A DNA stretch of 44,099 nt. Origin: Escherichia phage TR1. A program made the position numbers and the translations under genes. This document shows positions 1-7,186 of this stretch, piece by piece. Each line of letters opens with the position of its first letter. Within the stretch, counting starts at the first letter, position 1. The notes under the pieces were generated by a model. It worked only from the letters and a program-made list of their open reading frames with translations. It was not told where the DNA came from and searched no databases. The DNA lies in sequence record OP087522.1; one strand, 5' to 3'.

Positions 1-46
1 TTGTGACCTCCTTTGTTGATGTAGGATTATACCATATTACAGACGT

Positions 47-69
47 AAAAAAGCCCTCAAGAAGAGGGC
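47..69 (-). terminator. rho-independent terminator after small gene 123..305
   Basis: Hairpin GCCCTC-N5-GAGGGC (53-69) followed by a T-run on the minus strand (A-run 47-52 on plus). Confidence 0.45.
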
Positions 70-122
70 GAATTATCGAACAACAACGAGAGAGATGAAA
101 CAACCAGAGAGTAGAACTTCTT

Positions 123-305
123 TTACTTTCGCTCACGAACGTAAGTTACTAGGAATTTGTGGTAATCCGGGTCGGCACCAGACATTACCTTTACTTTCGC
201 TACCGCTTCCTCTGAGGACTCAGCGGCAACCGACGCGATAAATTCTTGCTGACAATTCTTACAGCTTCGACCCATTAAGCGGATTGAAAGCTTAACATCC
301 CACAT
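123..305 (-). CDS. hypothetical small protein (60 aa)
   Basis: ORF with AAGGAG Shine-Dalgarno about 8 nt upstream of the ATG at 305; terminator downstream. Confidence 0.5.
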   Translation of the reverse strand: MWDVKLSIRLMGRSCKNCQQEFIASVAAESSEEAVAKVKVMSGADPDYHKFLVTYVRERK

Positions 306-321
306 AATGAATCTCCTTTAT

Positions 322-397
322 TGGTGTTCCGCGCTGGACTCGAACCAGCAACTAAGACTTAGGAGGTCTTTGCGTTATCCTGTTACGCCAGCAGAAC
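322..397 (-). tRNA. tRNA-Arg (anticodon CCU, reads AGG)
   Basis: Hand-folded cloverleaf on minus strand: acceptor GTTCTGC/GCGGAAC (one G-U), U8, D-stem GCGT/ACGC with GG in loop, anticodon stem AAGAC/GTCTT, loop CU-CCU-AA, T-arm GCTGG-TTCGAGT-CCAGC, discriminator A, encoded CCA. Confidence 0.6.
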
Positions 398-569
398 AAA
401 TATTTAAGTAGCGATTGCGCTATTTAAAGATTGCTGGTTACGCCTCCAGCGTCGAGTTTCTCGACCGGTTATTGAGGTTTGCGCCTTATCCTCTTTGGCC
501 AACTTGCCATGTACGCTACTTAATTAGCAATGGACTTTGTGTTGCGCTCCGTGCGCCGTTCTAGCTTGG

Positions 570-833
570 CTAGCTCGTATGCCTACGAGATAAATAATAA
601 TACTTTCCTGTCAGTGATGCAATCTCTTTTTCATACCTAACGAAATCCAGCGTGCTTTTACAAACCATTAGGTCAACATTTGAGTTAACAATCTTCCCGC
701 AAACTGTACAGATTAGCTTTGTCCTACACCCATCCTGATACGAATCCTCAAACCAACTTATGCGTCGGAATAATCTATATTTATGCTTATGTAGAATTCC
801 GACCTTAAACATTAGTGACTTGATCTTATTCAT
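570..833 (-). CDS. hypothetical protein (start probably at internal Met, TAATG overlap with upstream stop; ORF track gives 570..863)
   Basis: ORF track; ATG at 833 overlaps stop of 826..1062, suggesting translational coupling. Confidence 0.4.
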   Translation of the reverse strand: MNKIKSLMFKVGILHKHKYRLFRRISWFEDSYQDGCRTKLICTVCGKIVNSNVDLMVCKSTLDFVRYEKEIASLTGKYYYLSRRHTS

Positions 834-1062
834 AAAGGCTATTCCCATTCTCATCGTGGCCAACGCGACCTTTTCTATACCCAGCTATCCACACAAATTT
901 ATCCCTCGCAATTAGCGTAGACACAGGACCCCAAACCTGAGTAATCAGTGCTGCGACAACTTTATCGTCTTTCTTCTTTGCGCCCAACTTTCCGTACTCG
1001 TCGTTCAGCTTGTCAGCCTGGCGCTTAACTGCGTTGAAGTATGCATCTTCTAATCCGAACAT
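826..1062 (-). CDS. hypothetical protein (78 aa)
   Basis: ORF track; promoter cassette immediately upstream (1092-1134); GAGAGGG RBS-like sequence before ATG. Confidence 0.5.
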   Translation of the reverse strand: MFGLEDAYFNAVKRQADKLNDEYGKLGAKKKDDKVVAALITQVWGPVSTLIARDKFVWIAGYRKGRVGHDENGNSLYE

Positions 1063-1091
1063 TTTCTGCCCTCTCGTTGTTTGATTGGTTG

Positions 1092-1134
1092 ATTATATGG
1101 CATCAATGCCTGTCACGTTTAGCTATTCGTGCTG
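1092..1134 (-). promoter_or_regulatory. promoter cassette copy: palindrome TAGCT-N5-TGCTG (1120-1134), 22-bp spacer, -10 TATAAT (1092-1097)
   Basis: Matches the repeated architecture seen at 12 other sites; conserved leader CAACCAATCAAACAACGAGAGGG follows. Confidence 0.55.
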
Positions 1135-1277
1135 TCTACATCTGGCCCTCTATCAAAAGTTGCTAATACTTCGTCTGTGTCGCCATCGCACTCAAACGTG
1201 TCACTGTATTTCTCATTGAAGTAGATTAAATCCTCAACAAATTCATCACATTTCGGGAATAAACATGTGTTAAGCAT
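1119..1277 (-). CDS. hypothetical small acidic Cys-containing protein (about 52 aa, below ORF-track cutoff)
   Basis: Manual translation (MLNTCLFPKCDEFVEDLIYFNEKYSDTFECDGDTDEVLATFDRGPDVDSTNS); stop codon lies inside the promoter palindrome; start overlaps upstream gene end. Confidence 0.3.
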   Translation of the reverse strand: MLNTCLFPKCDEFVEDLIYFNEKYSDTFECDGDTDEVLATFDRGPDVDSTNS

Positions 1278-1428
1278 TTTTCTTATCCTCGCCCTTATTT
1301 AGACCACACTTTTCCTCACGCTCTTTCCAGATATTCATTAACTCAAAGTACATCATGGCAATCTCGCCAGTCTCAGCATCATGCATCATTCTCTTAGCCC
1401 ACTGGCTTGGTTTTTCGTAGTTATCCAT
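1270..1428 (-). CDS. hypothetical small protein (about 52 aa)
   Basis: Manual translation (MDNYEKPSQWAKRMMHDAETGEIAMMYFELMNIWKEREEKCGLNKGEDKKNA); AAGG about 11 nt upstream of ATG. Confidence 0.3.
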   Translation of the reverse strand: MDNYEKPSQWAKRMMHDAETGEIAMMYFELMNIWKEREEKCGLNKGEDKKNA

Positions 1429-1446
1429 CTAATCGCATGCCTTAAA

Positions 1447-1581
1447 TTATAGTTCGTTAGAATGCGTTTTAGCATCGTCTACGGCTGCCGAAATAATGTA
1501 AATAATCGCGAAGCCCAGAGACCACAACAACCATGGTAAAGCCTCAACTAAAACCTCGTCAATCATAAGTTCCGTGTGCAT
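1447..1581 (-). CDS. hypothetical small membrane protein (about 44 aa, one predicted TM helix)
   Basis: Manual translation (MHTELMIDEVLVEALPWLLWSLGFAIIYIISAAVDDAKTHSNEL); hydrophobic core; GGAAA RBS-like sequence upstream. Confidence 0.3.
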   Translation of the reverse strand: MHTELMIDEVLVEALPWLLWSLGFAIIYIISAAVDDAKTHSNEL

Positions 1582-1591
1582 CTTGTTTTCC

Positions 1592-1771
1592 TTAAATCTT
1601 GTTCAATTGCTCAAGAATTTCGTAAGCCAGTTCTCTAGCTTGCTCTTCTGTTAAGTGGATGGTGTGAACTTGAGGTTCGTCACGCATTCCGCAAGCCTGA
1701 GCAATGATGAATGTTGCGTAGCCGTCGGAGTGGTTAGCCTGAAGTTTTGGTTCTGATTGTCGGAATCTCAT
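1592..1771 (-). CDS. hypothetical small protein (about 59 aa)
   Basis: Manual translation; ATGA start/stop overlap with gene 1768..1977. Confidence 0.3.
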   Translation of the reverse strand: MRFRQSEPKLQANHSDGYATFIIAQACGMRDEPQVHTIHLTEEQARELAYEILEQLNKI

Positions 1772-1977
1772 TCTTCAATTACCTCGTATTCGCCTTCTTG
1801 CAAACTAATCTCGTTGCCGATTGTTACTAAATCAGTATCACGAATCGCCTGAACTGATAAGCTACCATCTTTATACTTACCGGAAACATCAACAATATCA
1901 CCAACCTGGAAACCGCAATCAGCAAGGCTAAGTTCGTCACCATCAGCAATGTCAACTTCAATAATCTTGATTCTCAT
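1768..1977 (-). CDS. hypothetical acidic small protein (69 aa)
   Basis: ORF track; GGAG RBS before ATG; promoter cassette upstream (2009-2051); D/E-rich. Confidence 0.5.
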   Translation of the reverse strand: MRIKIIEVDIADGDELSLADCGFQVGDIVDVSGKYKDGSLSVQAIRDTDLVTIGNEISLQEGEYEVIEE

Positions 1978-2008
1978 CTCTATACTCCATCGTGTTGTCG
2001 ATGTGGTA

Positions 2009-2051
2009 ATTATGCCTGATTTCTCCGGCGATTGTTTAGCAATTCGTGCTA
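2009..2051 (-). promoter_or_regulatory. promoter cassette copy: palindrome TAGCA-ATTCG-TGCTA (2037-2051), 22-bp spacer, -10 CATAAT (2009-2014)
   Basis: Exact spacing measured in sequence; palindrome overlaps stop codon of gene 2049..2579. Confidence 0.55.
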
Positions 2052-2579
2052 TTGTCCATTCATGAGTAACTTAGCTTTCCTATAAAACTCCATCGCCACC
2101 TCAACCTCTTCCTCACTGTACCGCAAGTGGTATGGTAGTCTACTAGTGTGCTCACCTTCGTATACTTTGAGGTTAGGTTCCCATCTCTCCTCTAGGATTG
2201 CGGGATGAACGTAAACCCTATCGCCAATTAGACATGTAAGATTCATCTTGTCGAGTTCTGGAATAAGCTCATCTTTAATGCGTGCAAATAGGCCAATTTC
2301 TCGCCCAACAAATGGCTTCAACTTGCGCACGCCTTCGTATATGGATTTAACCACGAACACACCTTTCCCGTGCCTTCCCATTCTCCTAATGACTTTAATG
2401 AGCACAGCAAGCTCACTACCTTCGTAGATTGACGACGCATCAGGCTTACCCCAAAATACCTGGGCTTGTCGATACCCGTTCTCATTGATTGCTACTCGTA
2501 GCGGAGGTAAACCATCTTTTTCTGCGATTTCAATTACCCGCTCATCTGTCAGTTTATCTTCGGTGAAATCAAACATCAT
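2049..2579 (-). CDS. hypothetical protein, internally deleted paralog of the 527-aa protein at 5233..6816
   Basis: N-terminus (FDFxEDKL...LPPLRVAINxNGYRQ) and C-terminal block (GKxGKGV...RKxKPF...RIKDxLxPxLDxxNxTCLIGD) align to the ends of the 527-aa ORF; central region absent. Confidence 0.6.
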   Translation of the reverse strand: MMFDFTEDKLTDERVIEIAEKDGLPPLRVAINENGYRQAQVFWGKPDASSIYEGSELAVLIKVIRRMGRHGKGVFVVKSIYEGVRKLKPFVGREIGLFARIKDELIPELDKMNLTCLIGDRVYVHPAILEERWEPNLKVYEGEHTSRLPYHLRYSEEEVEVAMEFYRKAKLLMNGQ

Positions 2580-3124
2580 TTAGCCTCCTTAATCATTTCC
2601 TGGTATGCAGATAGTGCGAGCAGGGCACCTTCAAGTTTTTCACCACTCAAGTGGATAATGCTCGGGGTGACTGCCAAAAGTCGTTTCTTGAATCTCTCAA
2701 TGGTAGCCGCCTCTTTATCAGCTTCCTGTTTCTTCTTCTCCCGATTGCCAGTCCAGTGCGCTCCGTTCTCAATATATATAACAAGGTACTTATCAGCGCC
2801 GTCGCCATCAAATTGCCTTGCGTTTGTCTGCTCCCCTTCGTCATCAATCCAGATAAACTTGTATCGCGCCCTCTTGTTTGCGTCTCGCAAGTCCGTCATT
2901 CGTGACACAGTGTTGTAGATGTATGAGTTCTTAAGCTCAGGTAATGACCTGTCTGCCAAATTTAATATCTCATCTGTTTCGGTGTCATACTCCATTTCCG
3001 GGTACGACCTTCCGCGAATCATTTTGAATATCTGGCTGACTGGAACCTTAAACTCACCACTTTCCGATTCCATCGCCTTTCGTACCATCTCACGGATAAC
3101 TTCACCAAGCGTTACTTTCTGCAT
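2576..3124 (-). CDS. hypothetical early protein (182 aa)
   Basis: ORF track; first gene of leftward transcription unit leaving the 3125-3827 control region. Confidence 0.55.
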   Translation of the reverse strand: MQKVTLGEVIREMVRKAMESESGEFKVPVSQIFKMIRGRSYPEMEYDTETDEILNLADRSLPELKNSYIYNTVSRMTDLRDANKRARYKFIWIDDEGEQTNARQFDGDGADKYLVIYIENGAHWTGNREKKKQEADKEAATIERFKKRLLAVTPSIIHLSGEKLEGALLALSAYQEMIKEAK

Positions 3125-3316
3125 TTCAAATACCTCGTTGTTGTGTGCTGCGTTTCAGTGATTACCATAGTGCCAGTGATTTACGTGTCGGTCAATGTAT
3201 ATTTTAGTATATTTCATCATAGATACGCTTTTTATCCATAGCAGCCCTATCTGCACTGGATGTAACCTTGCTGTATCCGCTGTGTACAGTTTTTCGAGGT
3301 AATTTCCTATATATGT

Positions 3317-3357
3317 GCCTTTTTGTTCTGACAAGTGTCATCCTATTCTGACAAGTG
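3317..3357. promoter_or_regulatory. tandem operator-like palindromes (TTCTGACAAGTGTCA; second copy a perfect 18-bp palindrome TTCTGACAAGTGTCAGAA), 23 bp centre-to-centre
   Basis: Direct reading: two copies at 3317-3331 and 3340-3357. Confidence 0.5.
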
Positions 3358-3397
3358 TCAGAATATAACAGAGGAATATATCAACTATTTCATCTAT

Positions 3398-3470
3398 GAG
3401 CGGTATACACAGTATACATATAATAATAATAATAATAATAATAAAGAAGAAGTATATATATATTATATAC
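3398..3470. repeat. repeat element with (AAT/TAA)8 microsatellite and flanking TATACACAGTA / ATATATAT blocks; second copy at 22843-22905
   Basis: Microsatellite 3421-3444; aligned by eye to 22843-22905, which has 5 units. Confidence 0.6.
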
Positions 3471-3639
3471 TTATAGTGTATATCCAGTGTATATGTCGCG
3501 TAAAAACCGTAGGTTAGTGGTCACTTACTTTTATGACCACACTGAGTATACATTAGTTACACGTATACAGGAAATGGTCCAGCCAGAATCAAAATCAACT
3601 TGTATGGTAGTCCATCCACCATTCATTCACCATCACATC

Positions 3640-3742
3640 AATAATTGCAAATTCTGCAACAATCAAAAACATCATTGCATCAGATGCAATATTGCTATAT
3701 GTGCAATAATGAGATGAATCATTGCAATAACTGCAATAATAC
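3640..3742. repeat. iteron-like cluster of at least 7 TGCAAT(AA) / ATCATTGCA repeats
   Basis: Direct reading of repeated 6-9-mers within about 100 bp of non-coding DNA. Confidence 0.5.
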
Positions 3743-3766
3743 ATAAACCCAACGAATAGCACTTTT

Positions 3767-3810
3767 TGCTAATGACATTCATTGGCGGCGGGACCATAAT
3801 GAATCCATCA
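3767..3810 (+). promoter_or_regulatory. promoter cassette copy (plus orientation): palindrome TAGCA-CTTTT-TGCTA (3767-3781), 23-bp spacer, -10 CATAAT (3805-3810)
   Basis: Same architecture as minus-strand copies; leader CCATCAACAACGAGGAGAG then ATG at 3828. Confidence 0.5.
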
Positions 3811-3827
3811 ACAACGAGGAGAGAGAT

Positions 3828-4025
3828 ATGAAACTTAAAGACGAAGCGTATGAGCAGCTAAAGCAGGAATGCGCTCTGATTGGGTTGAACGAGATGTACA
3901 GCGATATGGTTTTGCGCGGCAAGATTGATATTGACCTCGCTAAGCAATTCCAGTCAGATGATGAGTATCTATGTTGTGATGGCTTGGGCTGTGACGAATG
4001 TTTACCCTGGCAAGGAATGAGATGA
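3828..4025 (+). CDS. hypothetical small protein (65 aa, Cys-rich C-terminus)
   Basis: ORF track; GAGGAG RBS upstream. Confidence 0.5.
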   Translation: MKLKDEAYEQLKQECALIGLNEMYSDMVLRGKIDIDLAKQFQSDDEYLCCDGLGCDECLPWQGMR

Positions 4026-4216
4026 TGAAAGTTAAGTGCTTAAATAATCTTAATGATGGAACCTGGGAATTTAGAAACGGAAAGCATTACATTTATGATG
4101 AAATGTATGGTTACGTAGTTGGTGACAACTTCAAACCAGTTTACTGCTACATTGATGATGAACGTGTCATTGCAGCAATTAAAAATAGGCTTATTTTTGA
4201 AACAGTAGAAGGTTAG
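4022..4216 (+). CDS. hypothetical small protein (start at ATGATG overlapping upstream stop)
   Basis: ORF track 3998..4216; start adjusted to 4022 for coupling. Confidence 0.4.
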   Translation: MMKVKCLNNLNDGTWEFRNGKHYIYDEMYGYVVGDNFKPVYCYIDDERVIAAIKNRLIFETVEG

Positions 4217-4217
4217 C

Positions 4218-4421
4218 ATGAAGCTACTTTGCACCAATATCATTAAAGACTTTAACGACGCGTTCAATAAGGGCTCTGAATACAACGCTACCGATTTCAA
4301 AGATGACATGTGCCTTGTTACCGGAGAGCGTCCACATAAGCATCACGACAAGTTTCAGGCTCTTAAATGCCTTGATTACGTCGTCATCCCAGGCATCGCA
4401 ACTTTTAAGGTGATTGAATAA
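4218..4421 (+). CDS. hypothetical small protein (67 aa)
   Basis: ORF track; tightly packed after previous gene. Confidence 0.45.
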   Translation: MKLLCTNIIKDFNDAFNKGSEYNATDFKDDMCLVTGERPHKHHDKFQALKCLDYVVIPGIATFKVIE

Positions 4422-4582
4422 TGCTATTACCATCTGAGATTAACTATTTTGATCTGGAAGTTATTAGTTCTTACAGCGGCAAGGGCTGGCCTTGCGGGGA
4501 ATGGTTCAACGAGGACTTGCTTGAATCTCACGAGATTATGCTTAAGGCGATTGAGAAGGCGAGAAATAGCACGAATTGCTAA
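4421..4582 (+). CDS. hypothetical small protein (about 53 aa)
   Basis: Manual translation (MLLPSEINYFDLEVISSYSGKGWPCGEWFNEDLLESHEIMLKAIEKARNSTNC); stop TAA lies in promoter palindrome. Confidence 0.3.
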   Translation: MLLPSEINYFDLEVISSYSGKGWPCGEWFNEDLLESHEIMLKAIEKARNSTNC

Positions 4583-4609
4583 AGCCCTTCGGGGCTTTTG
4601 TTGTATAGT
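4567..4609 (+). promoter_or_regulatory. promoter cassette copy with embedded hairpin: palindrome TAGCA-CGAAT-TGCTA (4567-4581), spacer containing GCCCTTCGGGGC hairpin, -10 TATAGT (4604-4609), leader CATCGAAACGAAA
   Basis: 22-bp spacing measured; hairpin plus T-run in the spacer may double as a terminator for the upstream gene. Confidence 0.5.
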
Positions 4610-4641
4610 TTCCTCATCGAAACGAAAGAGAACAAGTAATC

Positions 4642-4806
4642 ATGTTTGACAACTTTTACGACGCGATGGAAGAGGCAGTTTTCAGGGCCTCGCTTGATGG
4701 AAAGATTTACGGTTTAGTTCAGAAAGTTGATAAGATTGTTGTGCGTATCGTGCGCAAATCAGTACCAAACAAATTCATGTGGACTACAAAAGAGAGGGCT
4801 GAATAA
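4642..4806 (+). CDS. hypothetical small protein (about 54 aa)
   Basis: Manual translation (MFDNFYDAMEEAVFRASLDGKIYGLVQKVDKIVVRIVRKSVPNKFMWTTKERAE). Confidence 0.3.
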   Translation: MFDNFYDAMEEAVFRASLDGKIYGLVQKVDKIVVRIVRKSVPNKFMWTTKERAE

Positions 4807-5159
4807 TGACTACTACCATAACTAAAAATTTCATTAGCAAAGACAACCAACTGTTTAAAGCTCGCGTTAAAGATGGTGTCGAGCAAATCAAGAAAGATGG
4901 CAAATGGGTTAATCTGGAAGAACGTGGTAAATACATTAAGACCAGAACGCTTTACGTGACACATGTTAACCACAAATCTGGCGTTAAGAAGGATTTCAAA
5001 GAAGGAAAGAGATACCAGGTGCTAATGCATAGCGGGATGGGTCAGTCTGCTGGTTACATTTACGACGAAGATGGTAATGCATGGCAGCTATATCGAAGCG
5101 AAGATGTTGGTTTCTACACTCTTTGCCAGACTTACCTATTTGAATCATCTTACAAATAG
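4806..5159 (+). CDS. hypothetical protein (117 aa)
   Basis: ORF track; ATGA overlap with upstream gene. Confidence 0.5.
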   Translation: MTTTITKNFISKDNQLFKARVKDGVEQIKKDGKWVNLEERGKYIKTRTLYVTHVNHKSGVKKDFKEGKRYQVLMHSGMGQSAGYIYDEDGNAWQLYRSEDVGFYTLCQTYLFESSYK

Positions 5160-5232
5160 CAGCACGAATTGATAATGCATTATAAGCGGCTGTTGATATA
5201 ATGGCCGCTCAGAAACAATACGGAGAGAAGTA

Positions 5233-6816
5233 ATGTTTGATTTCAACGAAGATAAACTATCTGTTGAACAAGTTATGGCGATTGCCGCGACCGACAACCT
5301 CCCACCGCTTCGCGTGGCCATTAATGCAAATGGCTATCGGCAGTCTCAATCATTCTGGAAAACACCTGTGGAGATTGACGCAGGTAATGACAAGTACCCT
5401 GTAATATCTCTAGGCAATGACATTGATGTTGTTGGTAAGCTCTCGGCAAATATTGCTCGCTCAGTTCAGTTCCCAGAGTCATCAGCATACATGCACTTTT
5501 TGGGTTGTGTGTCCGCTGCGATGCTAGGGCGCTTTACTGTTGAGTATCACGGAACCCAGCAGCCAACATCGCTTTACGTGGTAACTAGCCAGCCGCCATC
5601 TACTGGTAAGTCAGCCATTAACTCTCTGTCAATTGCGCCAATGATTGCTGAGACTGAGCGTTTGAACGAGGTGCGTAAACGTGACCGCAAAAAGATTATG
5701 GCTAAGCTGTCTGCGCTAGCAAAAGAAATGAAACAGGAGAAGTCACCATCTGAGATGGCTTCACTGTTTGAGGAGAAGGAAGATTTAGAGGAAAAGCTCG
5801 AGAAGCTGTGCGATATCGTATTCCCGGTCTCAGATACTACGCCAGAAGGTCTTGCACGAATCAACAACCGCCAGGGTAACTTTGCGGTCATCTCGGATGA
5901 GGCAACAAGCGTCAACTCATTATTGGGCATGACATACGGTGATGGTTCCAAGAAAACGAACAGCGAGCTTGTACTTAAAGCGTGGGATGCTGGTAACGTA
6001 TCTATTGCCCGCGCTAACGCAGAAAACAACATGAGTTTCGTGGCAATGGGGTGCATCTCTGTAATTGCTCAGGATGAAACAATCAATGCGATTATGAATG
6101 CTGGTGCGCGTGGTATTGGTGTTTCCGAGCGTTTCCTTCTGGTGCGTGAAAAGTCATTTCTTGGAGACCGCGTGTTTGTTGATGAGAATGGCGATTCAAC
6201 ATACGAGGCTATTGATGGTGGTCTTAAGGCAGGCTATTTCCGTCTCGTTCATGAAATTATGAATGAAGTTGAAGTGAAACTGACAGTAAGTGCGTCATCC
6301 ATGCGCTACCTTAACCGAGCTCGCCAGGAAATGGAACCGCATCTTGGTGATGGCGGTAAATATTCCCACACGATGTTACGTGGTGCTCTTGGTAAATTTG
6401 ATAAGCAAGCAATCCGTATTGCCTCAGTATTGCACGTTATTCGCAACTGGTTCGCACCGGCAGGGTCGAGTCCGCAGAAATCAAGAGAGATTGAGCTTGA
6501 AACAATGCAAGAAGCGGTTATGATTTTCCACGAGTTAAGCAAGACTTATTTGTCGTCCGCTAGTGCTGCTGGTCATGCTGGTGATAATGCTGAAATGAAT
6601 AAGCTGGTTGATATCCTGATTAAGCAAGGTAAGAATGGGAAGGGTGTTGTTGGCGTTCGCTCACTGTATGAAGCAGCACGCAAAGTTAAACCTTTTGAAG
6701 GACAGGCTGGCGTAATGACTCGCATCAAGGACCACTTGGTTCCTATGCTTGATGAGAAAAACTATACATGCCTGATTGGTGATAAGATTTACATTAATCC
6801 GCGATTGTTGGGGTGA
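5233..6816 (+). CDS. large early protein with P-loop-like motif (VTSQPPSTGKS); function unknown, possibly replication-associated NTPase
   Basis: ORF track 527 aa; GGAGAGAAG RBS; motif read from translation; family assignment not verifiable without a search. Confidence 0.6.
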   Translation: MFDFNEDKLSVEQVMAIAATDNLPPLRVAINANGYRQSQSFWKTPVEIDAGNDKYPVISLGNDIDVVGKLSANIARSVQFPESSAYMHFLGCVSAAMLGRFTVEYHGTQQPTSLYVVTSQPPSTGKSAINSLSIAPMIAETERLNEVRKRDRKKIMAKLSALAKEMKQEKSPSEMASLFEEKEDLEEKLEKLCDIVFPVSDTTPEGLARINNRQGNFAVISDEATSVNSLLGMTYGDGSKKTNSELVLKAWDAGNVSIARANAENNMSFVAMGCISVIAQDETINAIMNAGARGIGVSERFLLVREKSFLGDRVFVDENGDSTYEAIDGGLKAGYFRLVHEIMNEVEVKLTVSASSMRYLNRARQEMEPHLGDGGKYSHTMLRGALGKFDKQAIRIASVLHVIRNWFAPAGSSPQKSREIELETMQEAVMIFHELSKTYLSSASAAGHAGDNAEMNKLVDILIKQGKNGKGVVGVRSLYEAARKVKPFEGQAGVMTRIKDHLVPMLDEKNYTCLIGDKIYINPRLLG

Positions 6817-6819
6817 TAG

Positions 6820-7155
6820 ATGTTTCTACTCGACGTATACAAGTTCTGCGAAGGATACAAGAACTTCAACCGCCAGCACCTGGCAAGATTCATCTACAAG
6901 CACAAGGATTGTGCAAGGATGGCTAAGGCCGCTGGAGTTGATGAAAGGTATTTTGCATCTAGTTGCTCGAAGGAGTTTATGGCGAGAATGCTTACGGCTG
7001 GTTATCTTGATGGAGTTAATGGCGTGTACTGGTCAAAGGGTTCAGGCAAGAGGACATTCCAGTTTGAGTTTATGAGCCTTGAAGGTAAGTCTAGTGCTTA
7101 TGTTAATGAGATGATGAATATAGCAACCATGAGTGACGAAGAATTGTTTGCATAA
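6820..7155 (+). CDS. hypothetical protein (111 aa)
   Basis: ORF track; followed by bidirectional terminator. Confidence 0.5.
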   Translation: MFLLDVYKFCEGYKNFNRQHLARFIYKHKDCARMAKAAGVDERYFASSCSKEFMARMLTAGYLDGVNGVYWSKGSGKRTFQFEFMSLEGKSSAYVNEMMNIATMSDEELFA

Positions 7156-7186
7156 AAATAGCCCCATTACGGGGCTTTTTTGTTTT
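7154..7186. terminator. bidirectional rho-independent terminator between convergent genes
   Basis: Hairpin GCCCCATTACGGGGC (7161-7175) flanked by A-run and T-run; overlaps the last codons of the spanin gene. Confidence 0.6.

Noticed and set aside
95-250. Plus-strand ORF starting at ATG 95 with an upstream leader-like sequence
   Set aside because: Pro/Leu/Arg-rich low-complexity translation antisense to ORF 123..305, which has a strong AAGGAG RBS; minus-strand gene preferred.
398-570. Possible second tRNA next to tRNA-Arg
   Set aside because: No T-loop (GTTCRANYC) or acceptor/anticodon arrangement could be folded on either strand; only simple hairpins.
3335-3717. Six-frame ORFs 3335..3517 (NNNNNNN-rich) and 3487..3717 (His/Cys/Asn-rich) in the control region
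   Set aside because: Their odd composition comes straight from translating the (AAT)n microsatellite and the TGCAAT iterons. No RBS; more likely non-coding regulatory DNA.
5574-6542. Antisense ORFs inside the 527-aa gene (5574..6056, 6290..6523, 6306..6542)
   Set aside because: Shadow ORFs opposite a long, well-supported coding region; Ser/Leu/Arg-rich composition typical of antisense frames.
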